From Bacteriovoracaceae bacterium (GTDB taxonomy: Bacteria; Bdellovibrionota; Bacteriovoracia; Bacteriovoracales; Bacteriovoracaceae): DNA of 64,000 nucleotides. Both the position numbers and the translations under genes were made by a program. Below, in pieces: positions 57,927 through 64,000 of this stretch (within the stretch, counting starts at the first letter, position 1; every line of letters starts with the position of its first letter). The stretch spans positions 160,001 to 224,000 of the forward strand of contig JBLWTJ010000002.1 of the NCBI GenBank assembly GCA_048270185.1, given 5' to 3'. The notes below the pieces were generated by a model. That model did no database searches, was not told the DNA's origin, and was given only the letters and a program-made list of their open reading frames with translations.

Positions 57927-59972
57927 TTATAAAAGTTTTATCTTATACTGAATACTAAATTTAAAGTTCTGTCCGACTTCATAGAGATATGAGCCATGTC
58001 TCATATACTCAATATCTGCAAGGTTATCAACACGTCCGTGGATTGTCAGTCCTCTAAGCATTCCTGTTAAGAATTCTTTTGAGGCATAAATATTTTGTAG
58101 CGTATAGCCTTCGGTCGCTATTGTTCTCTGTAGCGTATTTGGGTTAACATGATTTTGATCTTCTGTGATAACCAATTCATATCCGAGCTTTAGGCCATAT
58201 TGATCAAGATAGTAATTAAGACCAAGATTATATGTATCGGCCGGCATGTTCTCTAGCCATAGGCCAGATCCTTTTTGATAACCTTCACTTCTTGCAAAAC
58301 CTGCTTTGAGCTCAACTTGATCATAGAGATATGAAAGTCCTAATTCGTGACCTTCAAGTGAAACACGATCGCGGTTAACAAATTGAGTCGTTCCGTCCTT
58401 TCCATCAAAGATTGCATAATCAATAACTTCTTGCTCAATATAATCTTTGGCATGACTCCAGTACTTTGTTGCACGTAGAGTTAAGAGGTCATAAGAATTA
58501 AAGAGCTGCTTTTTGAAGTTAAAACCTAGCTCAAGAGTTTTTGAATGTTCTGGCCTTAAGTTATAATTAGGAACAAAGTAATTATCAGAGATGAAGAAGC
58601 CATCTCCAGGACGGTGTAATCCCTTTGCATAAACTTCTTGTACATCAGGGGAATTAAATCCTTGCGTATAATTTGTAAAAAAATCAATGCCTTTAAAGTG
58701 ATAATTAAATAAAAGACTTGAAGAAAGCTTATTATCACTAATCTTAGAAATCTCTTCATCATCCACGTTCATTTGGTAATCACTCAGTCGAAGCCCGGCT
58801 GTTACACTAAAATCATTCTTCTTATAATTAAGCTGTGAGTATGCTGCAACTTCTTGGATCTCACCATCAGGGTAATCACTTACACTACCCATATTACTAT
58901 TAGATTTAGTATTATCGTGATTAAAGTCTCCACCAATATCAAGTGTTAGCTGATTCGAATAAAGAGGCAGACGATTCTTTAGACGCGCTCCAAATGTTTC
59001 GATATTTCTTTGCTCAACTCGCCCATCACTATCACGTGTTTGTTCGTTAATCTGCTTTGAAGCATAGATATCTGCTTTTAAATTAAGGTACTTATTCGTA
59101 TTAGATTTATTTGTATAATTAACAACTACTGATTCACGATCAACTTTTGTACTCCCCTGAAGTGTTGTTAGATCACTAGGAGGATCAAGAGTAGCATTAA
59201 GTGGTGAGTTATCTTTTAATTGATACTTCTCAGCAGTTAGCTTTAAGTTCTCTCTTGAATTTAATTTAAAATTAAATTTGGCCATAAAGTCAAAGTTCTC
59301 ATAAGCAGAGTTCTCAAGAGTCGAACCATCACTTAGGGCAATATTCTTAGCATCTTTTAAGTTTGCCCCTAACAAGTAGTCCCCATCATCCATTAGGCCA
59401 TAGGTTTTAATACTTTCAGCATTTAAGCGCGACGCCTCTTCATATGAATACTTTAGGCTTGCACCCATCTTCTCGCCAGGGCGTAGGTAGTCACCTCCAT
59501 CCTTTGTGACAAAAGAGAAACCACCTCCAAGACTTATTCCTTGAGAGTAATCTGTATTTGATTTAAAGACTTCAACCTTCTTAATCGTATCTGGGTCTAT
59601 CGCAAGGTATGAGTAATTGTGATTTGAAAAATAAACACTTTGTTTTACACCATCAACATTGATAAAAATCTTATTAGATTCAAGGCCTCGAATCTGAAGC
59701 GTTTCACCAAGCGCACGCGGTCCACCCTTGGTTGTTGCACCTAAAGTATTTTTAACAATATCATCAAGAGATTGCGCAACTTCACTTGCAATATCTTCTT
59801 CAGAGATCTCTTCTTGAAGACCTAAATCGAGGGCCTGTTGATTAGAAGTGGATTCAATTTCATCGGTAATATAAATCGACTCAAGACGATTAACGTCTTG
59901 TGCAAGAGCGAGTGAATTTGTGAGAAGGCCAACAAAAACAAGTTTGTATAGGCCGTCAAACTTTTTTATCAT
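57927..59972 (-). CDS. TonB-dependent receptor, heme/hemoglobin family-like
   Basis: Plug IRGL..VDGV, IDPD.IKKVEV.K; FNSP..EVY...H...NYNLRPE (FRAP/NPNL-like). Confidence 0.85.
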   Translation of the reverse strand: MIKKFDGLYKLVFVGLLTNSLALAQDVNRLESIYITDEIESTSNQQALDLGLQEEISEEDIASEVAQSLDDIVKNTLGATTKGGPRALGETLQIRGLESNKIFINVDGVKQSVYFSNHNYSYLAIDPDTIKKVEVFKSNTDYSQGISLGGGFSFVTKDGGDYLRPGEKMGASLKYSYEEASRLNAESIKTYGLMDDGDYLLGANLKDAKNIALSDGSTLENSAYENFDFMAKFNFKLNSRENLKLTAEKYQLKDNSPLNATLDPPSDLTTLQGSTKVDRESVVVNYTNKSNTNKYLNLKADIYASKQINEQTRDSDGRVEQRNIETFGARLKNRLPLYSNQLTLDIGGDFNHDNTKSNSNMGSVSDYPDGEIQEVAAYSQLNYKKNDFSVTAGLRLSDYQMNVDDEEISKISDNKLSSSLLFNYHFKGIDFFTNYTQGFNSPDVQEVYAKGLHRPGDGFFISDNYFVPNYNLRPEHSKTLELGFNFKKQLFNSYDLLTLRATKYWSHAKDYIEQEVIDYAIFDGKDGTTQFVNRDRVSLEGHELGLSYLYDQVELKAGFARSEGYQKGSGLWLENMPADTYNLGLNYYLDQYGLKLGYELVITEDQNHVNPNTLQRTIATEGYTLQNIYASKEFLTGMLRGLTIHGRVDNLADIEYMRHGSYLYEVGQNFKFSIQYKIKLL

Positions 59973-60048
59973 GCATTCAAACTATCATAAATGAACCCAT
60001 TTTTGGAATGCTTTTCACAATGATGCTAGAAATTACAAGGTCTTGATT

Positions 60049-60645
60049 TTACAATAATTCATATTTAATCGGGATGGCGATCTTTAAGACTTCTGTCTTT
60101 AGAAACTCAGGCATAACAGGGATATCCTCGAGGGCCTTAACTGTCTCAAGGGCCGATTCATTTAGAATATCGTGTTCACTTCCCTTTTGTATTTTTATAT
60201 TTCCCAATTGTCTTGGATATGAAATCTCAAAATACACATCAACCACACCCTGCTTCTTAAGTCTCTTAGCGAGTCTTGGGTAGCGTTTCATGGCAAGGAT
60301 TTGATCGCGGATTTGACTTAGGTACTGGGCCTTCTTCGATTGTTGGCCACTATTTTCAATAACTTGCTCTACTGAAGAATTTTCTAATTCTGTCTTCTTG
60401 GCCACACTTTGCTGCTTCACAACCTGTTTTGCTCTCTTGGCCTCTACTTTCTTGATCTCTTTTGGCATTTGAGTGGCCTTTTTGAGATTGAGCATTCGTC
60501 TGATCTGAATCTTATCTGAGCTATTCTTTGAATAATGAATCTGGTCTAAATCAAGCTGTGTACTTTGGTGAAAACCAAAGAGAATTAGCCCATGCGCTAG
60601 TAGCGACAATGAAATGGATAAAATCGTACGACGAGATTGCATCAC
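60049..60645 (-). CDS. tonB: TonB family energy transducer
   Basis: N-terminal TM with SLLAH; RYPRLAKRLKKQGVV.V.F, GSEHDILNESAL. Confidence 0.85.
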   Translation of the reverse strand: MMQSRRTILSISLSLLAHGLILFGFHQSTQLDLDQIHYSKNSSDKIQIRRMLNLKKATQMPKEIKKVEAKRAKQVVKQQSVAKKTELENSSVEQVIENSGQQSKKAQYLSQIRDQILAMKRYPRLAKRLKKQGVVDVYFEISYPRQLGNIKIQKGSEHDILNESALETVKALEDIPVMPEFLKTEVLKIAIPIKYELL

Positions 60646-60703
60646 TTATTATTATCACTAATTAGCGCCAATTTCACAATCGAATTAAGCTCTTGTATTT
60701 TTT

Positions 60704-61494
60704 TCAAGCAGCTCTGTCTTCATGAGTTTCTTCAGGCTTTATATTTTCTTGTGGATAGGCTTCAAGTTTAAAAGTTGGGACAACACTCCTTACACGGGCC
60801 TTGTAATCGAGGTACTTATCTCCCCAGTGCCTAATCAGATCACGTTCTTCAATTGATACACCAGCCACGATGTATGAAGTAAACATCAAGCTAAATGAAA
60901 TATGTTCTATCGTCATCTCAGGAGTAAACCAAATACCAATTAGTGCTCCGGTCATAATGGGATGTCGATCAAAAGCATACATAAAGCTCTCCTTAAATGG
61001 AACGGACTTAGTCTCTTGTCCTCTCATATAATTATATGTTTGCTCAAGACCAAACAACTCAAAGTGATTGATGGCAAAGGTAGCAAGAAAGAGATAGGCC
61101 CACCCTGCTAATGCAATAGCAGTAATTAAGTGGCCACTGTTTCGTTTTCAATATTCCATAAGAGAGTCTCATTACGCGGCCAAAATAAGAGAACTCCATG
61201 TAGAACGATCCCAGTTGTTAAAACAAAGAGAGATCGTTCCGCTTCAACTGGAATATCTTTATAAACAAAACGCTTAAAACTACCGCGGGCCATAACAGTA
61301 TGTTGGATAGCAAAAGTTGAAGTTAAAACGAGACATGAAAGAACAGAAATAAAGATAGAATTAGGAGTAAAGTCGATCACTCCATATTGAAAAGGAATCA
61401 CTCCAAGCATTGTTCCAATCCATGCAACAAGAGAACTAACACCTACGAGGTAACTAAAGACTCCAAAGGCAAAAACACCATAACGCTTTAACAT
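60704..61494 (-). pseudogene. mddA: Methanethiol S-methyltransferase (MddA)-like gene split by a 1-nt frameshift near 61128
   Basis: 5' part FAIQHTVMAR, ERSLFVL; shifted frame continues LITAIALAGWAYLFLATFAINHFELFGLEQ...RHPIMTG...EERDL. Confidence 0.72.
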
Positions 61495-61532
61495 ATTTCC
61501 ATCCTTTTTATAGTTCAGACTATAATTACAAT

Positions 61533-63437
61533 CTATTCTTCTTCACTCGCTAATGTTCTTTCTTTTAGAGTATTTAAGGCGGGATCATTATCCCAATCAT
61601 AAATCATATCGAATTTAGAAAATGCAGTAACAACCTCTTCTTTAGTACCCTTTTCTATTGCGACTTCAGAACTTGCAATAAATTCCTCAACCGTTCCAAG
61701 GTTATTATAAAGCTTTGTAAATGTATCTTTATTCATATGAACTTCGATATCTTTGAGTTTATCAATTTTTTGACGATCACTTTCAAAGTCAACAACTGCA
61801 CCTCTGATATTTAGGCCATACTTCTCACCATAACCAAGGTTAAATGCGATAAAAGTATTTGTATCTTTTGACCTTTCAGGATTTATTCGAATACGATAGG
61901 AATTAACATAATTTTGTGCATTTCCTCTAACTTGCTCAAAAGTTGCTGGAACATTTTTAATGATTGCAGTTTTTCCTTCTGCCTCTAATGCTTGAGTTAA
62001 GGCCCAGCTTCTAGCTGTTGTTGCAAGACTTCGATAACCTATTTGCTTTAAACATTTCGACTTGATTCTCTTATTATCTTTACTCTTATTGATACGTACG
62101 AGATAACTTGCAAGTTGGCACGACCACTGAAAATCACCATTTTCTTGTGCTATATTTGCAAGGGAGCGAACTCGAGATTCTCCTCCCATTGCAAGGACAA
62201 TTCTCTTGGCCTCATCATCGGGATGAAGTTTATAAATAGTTGTCGCATCACGATTGAATTGCCCAAAAATATTATTATAAATTCTTGGAGGCATCGTTGA
62301 TAAAGGGCCATAATTTTCAATAAGCGTTGCTTCTTCTTTTAAATATTTCGGAAATTTTACGAAGTAGCGTAATTCATCTTGATTAAGTCCTAGAGAGATT
62401 CCCTTTAGTGTTTGATCTAGTATGAATGTAAGACCATCTTGGTAGTTCTTTAAACGTTTAGCAATTTTATCTCTACCCTTAAGGCTTGTTGAGTGGGTAC
62501 TCATCAGAACTTCTGGATTTAACTTTTTTATTAATTCGACACTTCTTCTCCACCCTTCAGGGCTTCGATAGCGTCCACCGCGCAGACTATAAATATTAGG
62601 AAGCCAACCCCACATGATATTATTTAGGACGGCCTTCTTTGATGGGATATGAACTAGTACTTGATTTGATGTATCTGTTCCCACATCTTTTGTGTAGAAA
62701 ACCATACTGACGCCTGCAATTGTTAAACGCTGACGATCTGATACTGGAGTGTTTACAGGGACAAAACCTCCTGTACTTGGAATAACAGTATTCTTAAATC
62801 GAGCATCGGCTCCTTCATCAGGTAGGTATAAGTTAAATTGTTCAACAGTTCTGGCCATGAGAACTCCACTTACCTCAGGATAAGCTGCTTCAAGTCCTCC
62901 AGAAGATGACATCACTTGATTCGTATTTGGATGGCCAATGATTTTGATTTGGCGATTACCTCGCTTTCTCTCTTCATCAACCATATGCTTTGCTCCGAGA
63001 GTATAGTGTTCATGAGAATAAATAATTGCTCTTACAGGAAGATTTGTTACCTTTCTCATCGCTTCATAAAATATCTTAGCGTCTTCTCCATTATCCCCAG
63101 TATCGTAGACAATGACTCCACCTCTTCCAATAATAAAGTGTGAATTAACAATGCTTTCACTTCCAATTGTATAAAGTCCGTTTCCTAAATTAATGGTTGT
63201 TAATTTATCGTAAGAGCCACGCTTCTCACTATCTTGGGGAAGATCCCAATAGTCTTTGGTTGGTTGACTAACAAGTGCTCCATTCTCAAGCTTTTGAAGT
63301 TGATCTTTACCTTGATTCATCATTGGATTTTCATGAATCAAAACATTCTCACTAATTGAGCTTCCAAGAAATGATGAGCCACGTCCCATAAAGAATGAGA
63401 TAAAGCAAAGTGCAAAAACAAGAATTCCAACTTTCAT
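61533..63437 (-). CDS. Alkyl sulfatase-like MBL protein (SdsA1/YjcS-like) with dimerisation and SCP2-like domains
   Basis: DTG, PVRAIIYSHEH, PNIYSLRG, DQTLKGI..G, ENYG, LAMGG. Confidence 0.8.
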   Translation of the reverse strand: MKVGILVFALCFISFFMGRGSSFLGSSISENVLIHENPMMNQGKDQLQKLENGALVSQPTKDYWDLPQDSEKRGSYDKLTTINLGNGLYTIGSESIVNSHFIIGRGGVIVYDTGDNGEDAKIFYEAMRKVTNLPVRAIIYSHEHYTLGAKHMVDEERKRGNRQIKIIGHPNTNQVMSSSGGLEAAYPEVSGVLMARTVEQFNLYLPDEGADARFKNTVIPSTGGFVPVNTPVSDRQRLTIAGVSMVFYTKDVGTDTSNQVLVHIPSKKAVLNNIMWGWLPNIYSLRGGRYRSPEGWRRSVELIKKLNPEVLMSTHSTSLKGRDKIAKRLKNYQDGLTFILDQTLKGISLGLNQDELRYFVKFPKYLKEEATLIENYGPLSTMPPRIYNNIFGQFNRDATTIYKLHPDDEAKRIVLAMGGESRVRSLANIAQENGDFQWSCQLASYLVRINKSKDNKRIKSKCLKQIGYRSLATTARSWALTQALEAEGKTAIIKNVPATFEQVRGNAQNYVNSYRIRINPERSKDTNTFIAFNLGYGEKYGLNIRGAVVDFESDRQKIDKLKDIEVHMNKDTFTKLYNNLGTVEEFIASSEVAIEKGTKEEVVTAFSKFDMIYDWDNDPALNTLKERTLASEEE

Positions 63438-63524
63438 AGATACGTCCTTTTTATAATTTCTACTTAGCTGTCATCGGGCCATTGTCGAATAAAAGGAGTT
63501 AAAAAAAGTTAATTAAATACTAAG

Positions 63525-63980
63525 CTAAGAAAAGCCTTTCTTTACAAGAATTTTATTAAGGGAGTTGGTAAAGTCGGCCTTATCTTTAGGGCCAAAGGAG
63601 TCTGGGCCTCCCGTGACAAGTCCACTATCACGAAGATCTTTCATAAAGTCTCTCATTGAGAGTCTTTCACTTATATTGTCTTCATCATAGAGCTCACCTC
63701 GAGGGTTAATCGCAATGGCACCAAGCTGAACAATATCATTGGCCAAGGGTATATCGGCCGTAATGACAACATCATCTTTCGTTGCATTTTGAGCAATATA
63801 GAAGTCGGCGACATCGGCACCACTTTCTACTTTTACAAAGTTAATGCGTGGATCAAAAGGAATATTAAGATATGAATTAGCAACAAGTGTTACTTCAATC
63901 TTAAAGCGTGCGCTGAACTTATAAATGACTTCTTTAATTACCTTTGGACAGGCATCGGCATCAACCCAAATTTTTGTCAT
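63525..63980 (-). CDS. YaiI/YqxD (DUF188) family protein
   Basis: IWVDADACP, DVADFYI, VITADIPLA, NPRGELY. Confidence 0.92.
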   Translation of the reverse strand: MTKIWVDADACPKVIKEVIYKFSARFKIEVTLVANSYLNIPFDPRINFVKVESGADVADFYIAQNATKDDVVITADIPLANDIVQLGAIAINPRGELYDEDNISERLSMRDFMKDLRDSGLVTGGPDSFGPKDKADFTNSLNKILVKKGFS

Positions 63981-64000
63981 GATAGAATCCCAACTCTAAA

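Noticed and set aside
59975..60030. Fur box upstream of the TonB-dependent receptor
   Set aside because: Only a loose match in AT-rich DNA
1..64000. CRISPR arrays, IS elements, prophage or defence systems
   Set aside because: No repeat-spacer arrays, transposases, phage structural genes or recognisable defence genes seen; the PLD has a signal peptide, unlike defence nucleases

Overview
AT-rich bacterial chromosome segment with no integrase, transposase, CRISPR or rRNA. Gene content (many secreted or lipoprotein hydrolases, candidate sigma-28 promoters, a FliG_C-containing PilZ protein, a stand-alone RND transporter) suggests a predatory Bdellovibrionota bacterium such as Halobacteriovorax/Bacteriovoracaceae; this is inference, not a database result. 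1-23 kb is mostly housekeeping (dksA-like, lnt, kdsD, greB, def, LMW-PTP, RND, PLD) and ends at tRNA-Asp(GTC). 23-47 kb is a patchwork of small accessory modules. 47-64 kb holds lipid-, sulfur- and iron-related genes. Main candidate system: a putative sphingolipid-catabolic locus at 49.6-55.0 kb (sphingosine-1-phosphate lyase + DUF819 membrane protein + two paralogous Cys-rich lipoproteins + a secreted ceramide N-deacylase-like amidohydrolase). Other highlights: a PilZ-FliG_C fusion; a leader upstream of an NCS2 permease with an MEDRGP-stop uORF and terminator; a frameshifted mddA-like gene next to an alkyl sulfatase with an altered metal motif; an MCP with an in-frame stop; a catalytically dead trypsin paralog; a secreted clan CD protease. 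All family calls come from recognising motifs by eye and need HMM confirmation.
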